A stretch of 64,000 nucleotides of DNA, taken from NCBI GenBank assembly GCA_963703345.1, contig OY969814.1, forward strand, positions 2,048,001 through 2,112,000, read 5' to 3'. The stretch is from an uncultured Chloroflexia bacterium. GTDB lineage: Bacteria; Chloroflexota; Dehalococcoidia; DSTF01; JALHUB01. The notes beneath the pieces are model-generated. The model did no database searches, was not told the origin of the DNA, and saw nothing but the letters and a program-made list of their open reading frames with translations. The translations under genes were made by a program, and so were the position numbers. Position 1 is the stretch's first letter. Every line of letters starts with the position of its first letter. Below are positions 47,397 to 57,173 of this stretch, one piece after another.

Positions 47397-48139
47397 TACT
47401 GGCCCGCAAGCACCTTGTCGATGTCGGTCTTGAACGCGCTATAGTCCTGCGCGCCGATGATCTGCTTGGCGCCGGGGAAGGGGACCGACTCACTGTTGAT
47501 GACGCTCGTCTGGCCGAGGTAGAACGTCGGTGTGGAGTTGACGCCGGCCGCGAGGTCGCTGTTGGTGCCGCTAACGATCTGGTCTTTGTACTTGTCAGAG
47601 TCGAGGCAGGAGTTGAAAGCGGTGGTGTCCAGGCCAAGGTCTTTCGCGTACTGCTTGAGATTGTCCTTGCTGTACGGATTGACGGTGGAGAAGTTGGCGA
47701 ACACAAGGTCGTGGTAGTCCCAGTAGTGGTTCTGCTCGCCAGCGCAGAGTGCCGCCTCCGAAGCCGTCAGCACGTCGCCGCTCGCTTCCAACGCTAACGC
47801 GCGGAAGATGATCCGCAGCTTACCAGTATCGACGTAGTCCTTCTCGATGCTTGGGGCCGTGTTCAGGGCGAAGTCGGCGCAATGCGAGCAGTCGAATCGG
47901 AAGTACTCGACGAGCGTGGCTGGGGCGCTGTCCTGGCCAGCGGACGCGTCGCTCTGCGGCGCCGAGTGAGTCGGGCCGGGAGTCGCCCTGGTGGCGCTGA
48001 CGTTGCTACCGCCGCCGACGACGTTGCTCACTACCACGATGATGACAACAACGAGTACGGCCCCCACACCTATAAGCGCTATGGGCACCCAGGCGCGCTG
48101 CGACGATGCTTGCTTCCTTCTCGCTCTTCTTGGTTGCAT
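47396..48139 (-). CDS. Membrane-anchored DsbA-family thioredoxin
   Basis: TM anchor, FDCSHC, cis-Pro loop GVNSTPTF. Confidence 0.92.
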   Translation of the reverse strand: MQPRRARRKQASSQRAWVPIALIGVGAVLVVVIIVVVSNVVGGGSNVSATRATPGPTHSAPQSDASAGQDSAPATLVEYFRFDCSHCADFALNTAPSIEKDYVDTGKLRIIFRALALEASGDVLTASEAALCAGEQNHYWDYHDLVFANFSTVNPYSKDNLKQYAKDLGLDTTAFNSCLDSDKYKDQIVSGTNSDLAAGVNSTPTFYLGQTSVINSESVPFPGAKQIIGAQDYSAFKTDIDKVLAGQ

Positions 48140-48185
48140 TCGTTCTGCCTCAGCTATCTAGTGTGCCGACTATGCGGCCCGACGA

Positions 48186-49139
48186 TCAAGCCTGCCTTTC
48201 GGCCGGCGGGCTCTCCGCGTTTTCTGCTTTCAGGAAATCGATTATAGCGCGTGAGCACTCTTGGGGCTGCTCCTCCAGAACGAGATGGCCGGCTTTCTCA
48301 ACGAGCACGAAGCCGGCGCCGGGGATCAGCTCCCGCAATCGCTCTCCGTGAACGAACGGCATCCAGCGATCGGCGGTTCCCCAGATGATGAGCGTCGGCT
48401 GGGTGATGGAAGCGACGTCGAGGGGCGCATCGAGCCGCCGGTCGACCATGAGCGAGCCGAGGGCGTGGAGATGGCCACGGATATGTGTCGGCGCCAGGTA
48501 GCCCTCCATGATCTCCGTCGTGACGAAGGCGGGGTCGTAGCAGGCGCTGCGGAGGGACATGCGGCGAAAGCGCTGGTTTTGCAGAGTGAACGCGGCGACG
48601 ACCGGCAGGAACGGCCGGATCAGGCGAGCGCTGCGCAGGCCGCGTCGCAGCTCGCTGTCGTCGGCGGCGGAGACGAGGATGAGGCGCTCGATGCGCTCCG
48701 GGAAGGCGAGGGCGAGTCGCATCGCGACGGCGCCGCCCAGCGAGTGGCCGAGGACGAACGCTTTCTCGATGCCGAGCGCGTCGAGGAAGCCGGCGACGAG
48801 TCGCGCTTGCTCCCCCAGCGAGTAGTCGCCGCCGGAGGGCCGGTCGGAATAGCCGAAGCCCTTCAGGTCGAGGGCGATGGTACGGAAATGGGGCGCCAGG
48901 TAGGGCATCAGGAGGCGAAAGCTGAAGGTCGAGCCGTTCAGGCCGTGCAGCAGGAGGAGCGGCGGCCCTTCGCCCGCCTCCACGTAATGGAGCCGCACGC
49001 CGTCGACGTGAACCTTCTGACCCGGCTTGACGACGGCCGTGAGGTCGGTGTCTTCCCAGCGGCGCACCTTCCGGCTGGAGTAGCTCCAAACGGTGCCGAG
49101 GACCGCGGCGAGAAGGAAGAGGCGCTTTCGTGAAGTCAT
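48186..49139 (-). CDS. Alpha/beta hydrolase
   Basis: LLLHG, DLKGFGYS, GHSLGG, WGTAD, AGH. Confidence 0.92.
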   Translation of the reverse strand: MTSRKRLFLLAAVLGTVWSYSSRKVRRWEDTDLTAVVKPGQKVHVDGVRLHYVEAGEGPPLLLLHGLNGSTFSFRLLMPYLAPHFRTIALDLKGFGYSDRPSGGDYSLGEQARLVAGFLDALGIEKAFVLGHSLGGAVAMRLALAFPERIERLILVSAADDSELRRGLRSARLIRPFLPVVAAFTLQNQRFRRMSLRSACYDPAFVTTEIMEGYLAPTHIRGHLHALGSLMVDRRLDAPLDVASITQPTLIIWGTADRWMPFVHGERLRELIPGAGFVLVEKAGHLVLEEQPQECSRAIIDFLKAENAESPPAERQA

Positions 49140-49225
49140 TGCTTTTTCCGGCGCGGGATCGTGTTGGTCGAAATCTCCCGGCGGCCTTCAGTATAACATC
49201 GCGGCAAGAAATCGGCTGGCGCGGC

Positions 49226-49275
49226 TTGACAAGGCAACGAGGGCGATCTATTTTGAAGTTGATACCAGGTATCAA
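49226..49275 (+). promoter_or_regulatory. Promoter plus perfect palindromic Fur/Zur-type operator
   Basis: TTGACA(49226)-N17-TATTTT(49249); TTGATACC-A-GGTATCAA at 49259-49275. Confidence 0.8.
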
Positions 49276-49279
49276 AGCA

Positions 49280-49708
49280 ATGAGAACGAAAGAAGCCACT
49301 GTAGCGGACCTGCTGAAAACAAGGGGGCTGCGGCTCACGCCCAGCCGTCGCACCATTGTCGAGAAGGCGCTGGCTGGCGACGAGCCGTTCAGCGTCGCGG
49401 ACATGCAGCGCCTCCTGCCGGGCATCGGCAGGGCGACGGTCTTCCGCACGATCCGACTGCTCGTCGACCTCGACCTGCTGTGTCGCGTTCTGCTGGAGGA
49501 TGGCACGCCGCGCTACCGGGCCAGTCGCGCTGCTCATCATCATCACCTCGTGTGCACCGGCTGCGGCAGCGTCGAAGATTTCGCCGAGTGCGACCTCAGC
49601 GCTGTGTCCGCGACTCTTGCCGGTCGCACGAACTACGAGATCCAGGGGCATCGACTGGAGCTGTTCGGACTTTGCCCCACCTGTCGCGTCGCCGCCGCGT
49701 CGCCATGA
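49280..49708 (+). CDS. Fur-family metalloregulator (Zur-like)
   Basis: GLRLTPSR, ATVFRTI, HHHHLVCTGCG, LFGLCPTC. Confidence 0.93.
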   Translation: MRTKEATVADLLKTRGLRLTPSRRTIVEKALAGDEPFSVADMQRLLPGIGRATVFRTIRLLVDLDLLCRVLLEDGTPRYRASRAAHHHHLVCTGCGSVEDFAECDLSAVSATLAGRTNYEIQGHRLELFGLCPTCRVAAASP

Positions 49709-49729
49709 CGATCTGAGGGGATCAAGACC

Positions 49730-50647
49730 GTGTCGCGCCTACCCACCGTTCTTTCTCACAAAGCTGCCCTGGCGCTCGTTGCGCCGCTGCTTCTGGGCCT
49801 GGCCGTCTCGTGCGGGGGAACCGCGAGCCAGAGCGCCTCCGGCCAGGTGCGAGTGGTGACGTCGCTGAACCTCTTCGCCGACCTCATCCAGCACGTCGGC
49901 GGCGACAAGGTGCAGGTGACCGCCCTCGTTCCGGCCGATGCGGACCCCCACACGTACGAGCCGGTGCCGTCGCAGGTGGTGAAAGTCGCGCAGGCCGACC
50001 TGGTGCTGATCAACGGCCTGAATCTGGAGCAGACGCTTCACGACCTGATCTATAACAACGTGCGCGGCGGCGTGGCGGTAGTCGAGATGTCGGCCGGCCT
50101 GCCGACCATTGTCGGGACCGCCTCAGCGGGCGAGGCCGTCAACCCGCACCTGTGGCTGAACGTCCAGAACGCGATGCGGTACGTCGAGAGCATAAGGGAC
50201 GGACTGATTGCGGCGGACCCGCCGGACGCCGACACCTTCCGTGCCAACGCAACCGCGTACCTGTCCGAGCTGGACGCGCTCGACAAGGAGACGGAGGCCG
50301 CGATTCAAACGATACCACCGGAGAACCGCAAGCTCGTCACGTTCCACGACGCCTATCCCTATTTCGCCGACAGATACGGGCTGACGCTCATCGGGTTCGT
50401 CGTGCAGTCGGAAGGGAAGGAGGCGAGCGCACACGACATCGCCAACCTGATCGAGGAGGTCCGCGCCCAGCACGTCCCCACGGCGTTCGCGGAGCCCGAG
50501 TTCAACCCGCAGCTACTAAACGCGGTGGCGCAGGAGGCACACGTGCAGGTGAAGCAGCTCCTGAGCGACGCCTACTCCGGCGATGTTCATTCTTATGTCG
50601 ACTTGATTCGCTTCGACGCGCAGCAACTGGTGGACGGACTCCGATGA
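49730..50647 (+). CDS. Zn/Mn ABC transporter substrate-binding lipoprotein
   Basis: Lipobox AVSC, DPHTYEP, NPHLW, TFHDAY. Confidence 0.95.
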   Translation: MSRLPTVLSHKAALALVAPLLLGLAVSCGGTASQSASGQVRVVTSLNLFADLIQHVGGDKVQVTALVPADADPHTYEPVPSQVVKVAQADLVLINGLNLEQTLHDLIYNNVRGGVAVVEMSAGLPTIVGTASAGEAVNPHLWLNVQNAMRYVESIRDGLIAADPPDADTFRANATAYLSELDALDKETEAAIQTIPPENRKLVTFHDAYPYFADRYGLTLIGFVVQSEGKEASAHDIANLIEEVRAQHVPTAFAEPEFNPQLLNAVAQEAHVQVKQLLSDAYSGDVHSYVDLIRFDAQQLVDGLR

Positions 50648-51447
50648 GACTACTCCCATCCAAGCAAGCAGCGCAGCCGGCCGATGGCATGGCCGTCGCC
50701 GTCGAGGACGTCTGGGCAGGCTACGGCAACCGCATGGCGCTCCAGGGAATCGCCTTCGAGGCGCCGGCCGCGAGCATGGTGGCGCTGGTCGGGCCCAACG
50801 GCTCCGGCAAGTCAACACTCATCAAAGTGATTCTGGGCATGCACGGGCTGTGGCGCGGGCGCGTGCTCGTGTTCGGCCGGGAGCCGAAGAGCGCACGGCG
50901 GCTAATCGGCTACACGCCGCAGACGGAGTCGGTAGACTGGGAGTTCCCGGTCACGGTGCGCGACGTCGTGACGATGGGGCGCTTCGGCCGGCTGGGGCCC
51001 CTGCGCTGGCCCGGCGCGGAGGACAAGCGGGTCGTCCAGCAATGCCTGGAGCGCCTGGGCATTGTCGACCTGGCGAAGCGTCAGATCGGCGAGCTGTCCG
51101 GCGGCCAGCAGCGGCGGGTCCTTATCGCGCGGGCGCTGGCGCAAGAGCCGCTGGTGCTGCTGATGGACGAGCCGATGGCAGGGCTGGATGCGACGATCCA
51201 GCACGAGCTGCTGACGCTCTTCGAAGGGCTACGCGACGAGGGCAAGACACTGGTGATGGCAACGCACGACCTCTCCTGCGTCGATTGCTGCTTCGACCGC
51301 GTTCTGCTGATGAACCGGCGCAAGATTGCCTACGGCGAGCCGGAGAAGACGTTCACCAAGGAATTGCTTGACCAGACATTCGAAAGCCACCTGATAACGC
51401 TGCCTGTCGAGGGCGCATTCTACGTGGACCATCACGGCCATGCATGA
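50644..51447 (+). CDS. Zn/Mn ABC transporter ATPase
   Basis: GPNGSGKST, LSGGQQRR, LMDEP, THDL; His-rich C-terminus. Confidence 0.95.
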   Translation: MRLLPSKQAAQPADGMAVAVEDVWAGYGNRMALQGIAFEAPAASMVALVGPNGSGKSTLIKVILGMHGLWRGRVLVFGREPKSARRLIGYTPQTESVDWEFPVTVRDVVTMGRFGRLGPLRWPGAEDKRVVQQCLERLGIVDLAKRQIGELSGGQQRRVLIARALAQEPLVLLMDEPMAGLDATIQHELLTLFEGLRDEGKTLVMATHDLSCVDCCFDRVLLMNRRKIAYGEPEKTFTKELLDQTFESHLITLPVEGAFYVDHHGHA

Positions 51448-52345
51448 CATTTGGGCCTGGCTGTCAAACCCACTTCAGTACGCCTTCATGCAGCGCGCGC
51501 TACTGGCGCTGACAATGGTCAGCCTGGTAAGCGCGGTCATCGGCGCATTCGTCGTGCTCAAGGGGCTGGCGTTCATCGGCGACGCGCTGGCGCACGCCTC
51601 GTTTGGCGGCGTGGCCATCGCCTTCGTGCTCGGCGGCAGCATCTATCTCGGCGCGATGATCGCGGCGATCGCCACCGCCATGGCTATCGGCTACGTGGGG
51701 CGTCGCGCGCGCCTCAGCCTGGACACCGCGATCGGCATCATCTTCGTCGGCGTGTTCGCCCTGGGCGTCGTCGTTATCAGCCATCAGAGCAACTACACCG
51801 TGGACCTGTTCAGCTTCGTTTTCGGCAACGTTCTGGGCGTCGGACGGCACGATCTGCTGCTGATCGGCGCCATGGCGGCAGGGATAATCGCCGTCGTCGC
51901 GCTCTTCTACAAGGAGCTGCTCTTCTACGCGTACGACCCAGAGATGGCCGCCGCTTCCGGCATTCCGGTCCGAATCCTGCACTACGGATTGCTGGCGCTT
52001 ATCGCAATCGCCGCGGTCGTCGCTCTCAAGGCCGTGGGCATCATACTCGTCGTCGCCATGCTCATCACGCCGGCAGCCACGGCCGCGCTGCTGGTGCGGC
52101 GCCTCCACCTGATAATGATCGGCGGCGCGCTGCTGGGATTCGTTTCGTCCGTGGTCGGACTCTACGCCTCGTACTACGCCTCCGTCGCTACCGGCGCGTC
52201 GATAGTGCTGGTCGCGACGCTCTTCTTCACCCTGGCGCTGGTCTTCTCGCCGAAACGCGGGCTGCTGGCGGCCCTGCGCCATCCGGCGGCGCTCTACGAG
52301 CTCGACGCGCAACCGCTGCCGCCGACCCCGGCCGATCCGGCCTGA
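51440..52345 (+). CDS. Zn/Mn ABC transporter permease
   Basis: FMQRAL, GDALAH, DTAIG, LITPAATA. Confidence 0.95.
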   Translation: MHDIWAWLSNPLQYAFMQRALLALTMVSLVSAVIGAFVVLKGLAFIGDALAHASFGGVAIAFVLGGSIYLGAMIAAIATAMAIGYVGRRARLSLDTAIGIIFVGVFALGVVVISHQSNYTVDLFSFVFGNVLGVGRHDLLLIGAMAAGIIAVVALFYKELLFYAYDPEMAAASGIPVRILHYGLLALIAIAAVVALKAVGIILVVAMLITPAATAALLVRRLHLIMIGGALLGFVSSVVGLYASYYASVATGASIVLVATLFFTLALVFSPKRGLLAALRHPAALYELDAQPLPPTPADPA

Positions 52346-52396
52346 TTTCTTGCCTCCGTTCGCTTCGCTCGGGTAAGCTTAAGAGTAGGAGCACTT

Positions 52397-53887
52397 TTGC
52401 CGACCGGAATGAAAGGCCCCGTGACGACCAAGACGAAACAACCCCTCGACAGGAAAGCGCGGCTGAAGCTGCCGCCCCAACCCATCGTCAGGCGGGCACC
52501 GGAGAGCCGCGTCAGGGACTGGGACGAGATCTACCTGCCGTGGGACGGCGAGACGGCGCGGCTGGAGGCGAGCCGCTGCATCCAGTGCCCGGCGGCGCCC
52601 TGCAGCAAGGCCTGCCCGCTCCATAACAAGATCCCGGAATACCTGGCGCTGCTGGAAGCCGGCGACGTCGTCGCGGCGGCGAACAAGCTGCGCGAGACGA
52701 GTCCGATGCCGGAGATATGCTCGCGGCTGTGCCCGCAGGAGCGCCAGTGCGAGGGATATTGCGTCCTGGCGAAGACCTCGCGCGCCGTCGCTATCGGGCG
52801 CATCGAGGTGTTCATCACCGACCACCAGCGCGAGCACGGCGGGCGTCCCCTGCCGGAGGTGGCGGCTCCGAGCGGCAAGCGAGTCGCAGTTGTCGGCGGC
52901 GGGCCCGCGGGGCTGACCGTCGCTGAAGAGCTCGCCAAGAAGGGCCACGCCTGCACCGTCTTCGATGCCTGGCCGGAGCCGGGCGGACTGCTCCTGTACG
53001 GAATCCCGGGCTTCAAGATGGACAAGGCGATTGTCGACGAGAAGATCGCCTTCCTCAAGAGGCTTGGCGTGGAGTTCAAGGCGAGCACGGTCGTCGGCGA
53101 GGACGTGACGGTGGACGGTTTGCTGAACGCCGGTTTCGATGCCGTCTTCCTCGGCTACGGCGCGACGAAAGAAACGCCGCTGCCCCTTCCCGGGCAGGGC
53201 ATCGACGGCGACTACGAGATGGCGGGCAACGAACTGGCCGGCGTCTACTGGGCGATGGACTTCCTTGTCCGAGCGAATGTGCCGGCGGAGAAGCTTCCGG
53301 AGACGATGAGACGGCCGGTCGAGATCAGCAGGCGCGTTGCGGTCATCGGCGGCGGCGACACCGCGATGGACTGCCTGCGCACGGCGCTGCGACTCGGCGC
53401 GGAGCAGGTGACCTGCGTGTATCGACGGACCGAGGCAGAGATGCCGGGTCGCGCCGCGGAGCGGACGAACGCGCGAGAGGAAGGGGCGCAGTTCCACTTC
53501 CTGGTGGCGCCGGTGCGACTCCTCGGCGACGCGACGCGACACGTTCGCAAGATGGAATGCCGGCGCATGGAGCTAGGCGAGCCCGACGAGAGCGGCCGCC
53601 GGCGTCCGATGCCGGTTGAGGGCTCGGAGTTCCTGGTCGACGCCGACACGGTCGTATTCGCGCTCGGCTTTGGCGTCGACGAGGCGCCGGCGCGAGGCTG
53701 CAATGGCTTGAAGACGGACCGCTGGGGCGAAGTCGTCGTGGACGCGGAGACCGGCGCGACGAGCCGTCCTGGCGTCTTCGCCGGCGGCGACTGCGCTCAT
53801 GGCGCCGACCTAGTCGTCACGGCCATCGCGGATGCGAAGCGCGCCGCGCAGGGGATCGACCGCTTCTTGAGCGAGCGGCAAGGCTAG
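52397..53887 (+). CDS. GltD/NfnB/SudA-like Fe-S flavin oxidoreductase
   Basis: EASRCIQC..PC...CP, CSRLCPQERQCE, GGGPAGL, GGGDTAMDC, FAGGD. Confidence 0.9.
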   Translation: MPTGMKGPVTTKTKQPLDRKARLKLPPQPIVRRAPESRVRDWDEIYLPWDGETARLEASRCIQCPAAPCSKACPLHNKIPEYLALLEAGDVVAAANKLRETSPMPEICSRLCPQERQCEGYCVLAKTSRAVAIGRIEVFITDHQREHGGRPLPEVAAPSGKRVAVVGGGPAGLTVAEELAKKGHACTVFDAWPEPGGLLLYGIPGFKMDKAIVDEKIAFLKRLGVEFKASTVVGEDVTVDGLLNAGFDAVFLGYGATKETPLPLPGQGIDGDYEMAGNELAGVYWAMDFLVRANVPAEKLPETMRRPVEISRRVAVIGGGDTAMDCLRTALRLGAEQVTCVYRRTEAEMPGRAAERTNAREEGAQFHFLVAPVRLLGDATRHVRKMECRRMELGEPDESGRRRPMPVEGSEFLVDADTVVFALGFGVDEAPARGCNGLKTDRWGEVVVDAETGATSRPGVFAGGDCAHGADLVVTAIADAKRAAQGIDRFLSERQG

Positions 53888-53946
53888 GGCGGGAAGCGTT
53901 TCGTCCAATCAGTCAGCCCCTTTCGAGGGAAGGAGTCCACGAGGAG

Positions 53947-54420
53947 GTGGTCGCAACGGCAGAGATAGCAGTTGGTCAGCCGGCGCCGGACTTCGCGCTG
54001 CCGGATGAGAACGGCAAGATGGTGCGGCTTTGGGATCAGCGCGGCAGCCCCGTCGTGCTGGTCTTTCACCCGGCGGCATTCTCTTCGGTCTGCACCGATG
54101 AACTGTGCGCCTACCGCGACGACTACTCAGAGTTCGAGGCCAAGGGCGCGAAGGTGTTCAGCCTCAGTCGCGATACCCACTGGACGCTGAAGGCATGGAA
54201 AGAGGCGATGGGATTCAAGCATACGCTTCTCTCCGACATGAAGGGCGAGGTGGCGCGCCTCTACGGCTGCTGGAACGAAGCGCTGGGGCTGGCGGAGCGT
54301 CTTACCGTCGTCATCGATAAGGACGGATTCATACGCTACACCACGCGCAGCGAGATGCTCCAGCCGCGCGATCACCGCGAGGCGCTGGAGGCAATCGAAG
54401 GCCCAGCGAAGACCGCTTGA
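53947..54420 (+). CDS. Peroxiredoxin (AhpE/BCP-like)
   Basis: APDFAL, FHPAAFSSVCTDE (PxxxSxxC), LLSD, R. Confidence 0.9.
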   Translation: MVATAEIAVGQPAPDFALPDENGKMVRLWDQRGSPVVLVFHPAAFSSVCTDELCAYRDDYSEFEAKGAKVFSLSRDTHWTLKAWKEAMGFKHTLLSDMKGEVARLYGCWNEALGLAERLTVVIDKDGFIRYTTRSEMLQPRDHREALEAIEGPAKTA

Positions 54421-54902
54421 CCACGAAGGAAGACATGGAAGAACAGAAACCCGAACGACACTACTGCTTCGGCTGTAGCAAGCGTAACCCGCTGGGGCTG
54501 CATCTATCCTTCCAAATGGAGAACGGCGAGGTGAAGGCCTCCTTCACGCCGCAGGCGGAGCACCAGGGATGGCCCGGCTTTGTGCACGGCGGCCTGGTCG
54601 CGACGATGCTCGACGAGGCGATGGGCTGGGTCACCATGAGCCACGGCATCTGGGCGGTGACCGGCAAGATCAACGTCCGCTATCGCGACCCGGTGCCGCT
54701 GTTTCGGCCGGTAAGCGTCGTCGGGATGATCGAGAAGAACCGGCGGAGCTGGGTGACCGTGCGGGCGGAAGTGCGCTCAGCCGAAGGCGTCGTGCTCTCG
54801 GAGGCGGACGCCATTTTCATGCGCGTCTCGGGCGAGCGGCAAGTGGAGCTGGAAGAGATCTACCGCGACATGACGCTGGAGGACGTGGCGCAAAGGTCTT
54901 GA
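54417..54902 (+). CDS. PaaI-family thioesterase
   Basis: CFGCS..NPLGL, HQGWPGFVHGG..ATMLDEAMG. Confidence 0.92.
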   Translation: MTTKEDMEEQKPERHYCFGCSKRNPLGLHLSFQMENGEVKASFTPQAEHQGWPGFVHGGLVATMLDEAMGWVTMSHGIWAVTGKINVRYRDPVPLFRPVSVVGMIEKNRRSWVTVRAEVRSAEGVVLSEADAIFMRVSGERQVELEEIYRDMTLEDVAQRS

Positions 54903-54915
54903 GCGCTGACTTAGC

Positions 54916-56100
54916 ATGGGCAGGATAATCCTATACACGGGCAAGGGAGGCGTTGGGAAGACGACGGTCTCCGCCGCGACGGCGCTGCGGGCCGCCGAGC
55001 TGGGGCATCGCACCGTGGTCCTCAGCACCGACGCCGCGCACAGCCTCGCCGACTCCTTCGACACGCCGCTCGGCCCGGAGCCGACGCAGGTTGCCGAGAA
55101 CCTCTGGGCGCAGGAAAGCGACGTCTATTTCAACATCAAGAACTGGTGGGGGATCGTCCAGGAGTGGCTGACGGCGCTGCTTGTCTGGCAGGGCATGCAG
55201 GAGATGGAGGCGGAAGAGGTGGCGGTGCTGCCCGGTATGGAGGAGCTGGCGAACCTGCTCTGGATCACGCGCAACTACGAAAGCGGCAAGTTCGACACCG
55301 TTGTCGTCGACTGCGCGCCGACAGGGCAAGCGCTGTCGCTGCTCAGCTTTCCGGAAGCGGCGCGCTGGTGGATCGACAAGGTGCTGCCGGTTGAGCGGCG
55401 ACTGGCGAAGATAGCGGGGCCGGTGGTGCGCGGTCTGACGGGCATGCCGGTGCCGAAGAAGGAAGTCTTCGACGCCGCGGAGGAGCTGTGGGCGCGGTTG
55501 GCTGAACTGCACGACCTCCTTTCGGACCGCGAGGTGTCAACGGTGCGGCTGGTCATCAATCCGGAGAAGATGGTCATCAAGGAGGCGCAGCGCAGCTTCA
55601 CCTATCTCAACTTGTACGGCTACGTGACCGATGCCGTGGTCTGCAATCGCCTGCTGCCGCGGGAAATCGAGGACGACTACTTCTCGCGCTGGCAGGAGGC
55701 GCAGAAACGCTACCGCCGGCAGATCGACGAGGCGTTCTCGCCGCTGCCGGTGCTTACGGCGCCACTGCTGGAGCACGAGGTGGTGGGCATGGAAGGGCTG
55801 CGCGAGATGGCGGACCACCTGTTCGGCGGCGGCGACCCGACTCGCATCTACTATCCCGCCGTCGCGCAGGAGGTGCGGGCCTTAGACGGCGGATACGTCC
55901 TCAGCCTGGGCATGCCGTTCGTCGAGCGGGAAGACGTGTCGCTGGCGCAGCGCGGCGATGAACTGACGGTTCGCGTCGGCCGCTATAAGCGGCAGGTGCT
56001 GCTACCGCGGGCGCTGGCCGGTCGGCGGGCGGTATCAGCGAAAATGGACGGCGACCGCCTGACCATCGCCTTCAGCCGAAACGACCAAACACGTTCATAG
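54916..56100 (+). CDS. ArsA/Get3-family ATPase with C-terminal HSP20-like domain
   Basis: GKGGVGKTT, STDAAHSL, PGMEE, DCAPTG, NPEKMV. Confidence 0.93.
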   Translation: MGRIILYTGKGGVGKTTVSAATALRAAELGHRTVVLSTDAAHSLADSFDTPLGPEPTQVAENLWAQESDVYFNIKNWWGIVQEWLTALLVWQGMQEMEAEEVAVLPGMEELANLLWITRNYESGKFDTVVVDCAPTGQALSLLSFPEAARWWIDKVLPVERRLAKIAGPVVRGLTGMPVPKKEVFDAAEELWARLAELHDLLSDREVSTVRLVINPEKMVIKEAQRSFTYLNLYGYVTDAVVCNRLLPREIEDDYFSRWQEAQKRYRRQIDEAFSPLPVLTAPLLEHEVVGMEGLREMADHLFGGGDPTRIYYPAVAQEVRALDGGYVLSLGMPFVEREDVSLAQRGDELTVRVGRYKRQVLLPRALAGRRAVSAKMDGDRLTIAFSRNDQTRS

Positions 56101-56128
56101 CCGAGACTTTCCAGTCTTGGCGGTTGCC

Positions 56129-57049
56129 CTACCTCAGAAGCCAGCCACCGTCTTCGAATCCGGCCTCTGCCGTCGGACAGAGCAGTTGCGTTTCGCCGGC
56201 GCGTCGAATCGTGTAGTGGAGGTGCGGCGCCTCGCTGTAGCCGCTGCTGCCGCTGTAGCCGATAACGTCGCCGCGCTTCACCGGCCAGCGCGCTACGGGC
56301 GTGAAGACGCGAAAGTCGCGCATGGAGGCGAAGAGCGACACGTAGTCCGAGTCGTGGGCGTAGCCGGGCAGGAAGGCGGCAGCCGCCACGCCGGCGATTG
56401 TCGGCGCCGGGTCGAGGTGGCCGTAGTCGGTGACGAAGCTGTCGTTTCCCACTTCGACGAAGACGCCCTTACCGCCGCTCGCGCCGGCAAACGGCGCCAC
56501 GGGCGCGCGCAATCGGTCGGGGTTACCCATGTACGGTTCGCCGTTCACGCCGTAATAGTCGAAGGCGCCGGCGACGGTCACGATGTTCAGTGTCGCGATG
56601 CCATCCATCGTTGCGTGGACAGGCGTGCCGGTTGGAACGTACCAGTTGACCGCCGGCTGCCCCTCGTACTCAACATGTGTACGGCAGTCCCAGCCGGCGT
56701 TGTTTGCCCGCTCCGGGTCGTCCGACGGCTGGTCGTCGCTGGTGTACGACAACGCATCCGGCCCGGCGTCCCAGGCGATGCTCCGGTCCGGCGACTGACC
56801 GACGACGAGCCCCAGCTTCAGCGTCAGATCGATGGGGAAGCCGCGCGGTTCGAGTGGCGCGACGACCGGCACTGGACTTGGCGTTGCGGAAGGAGACGGC
56901 AGCGGCGATGGCGTGAGCCTGGCAGTGGGACGCGAGCTCGCAGACGGCGACGCAGGGGGCGTGCTGGTAGCGGTCCGGTCGGCGCGACCGCAGGCGGTGG
57001 TCGTGAGCGCGACAAGAAGGACCCGCGCAATTGCCAGGCGTCTGTTCAT
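56129..57049 (-). CDS. M23-like (LytM-type) peptidase lipoprotein
   Basis: TTAC lipobox, Pro/Ser linker, GTPVHATMDG, YGHL, GDVIGYSGSSGYSEAPHLHY. Confidence 0.8.
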   Translation of the reverse strand: MNRRLAIARVLLVALTTTACGRADRTATSTPPASPSASSRPTARLTPSPLPSPSATPSPVPVVAPLEPRGFPIDLTLKLGLVVGQSPDRSIAWDAGPDALSYTSDDQPSDDPERANNAGWDCRTHVEYEGQPAVNWYVPTGTPVHATMDGIATLNIVTVAGAFDYYGVNGEPYMGNPDRLRAPVAPFAGASGGKGVFVEVGNDSFVTDYGHLDPAPTIAGVAAAAFLPGYAHDSDYVSLFASMRDFRVFTPVARWPVKRGDVIGYSGSSGYSEAPHLHYTIRRAGETQLLCPTAEAGFEDGGWLLR

Positions 57050-57173
57050 CGTCTCCGCCTCGCTCCGCCGAAAGCATAACGCACGAGGGGCCGGCGGCAA
57101 ACCGCGGCGTCGGGTGAAAATGCGGGAGATCGCGAACAGACTGACAGCGGTTCGGACCGATAACATGAGTGTC

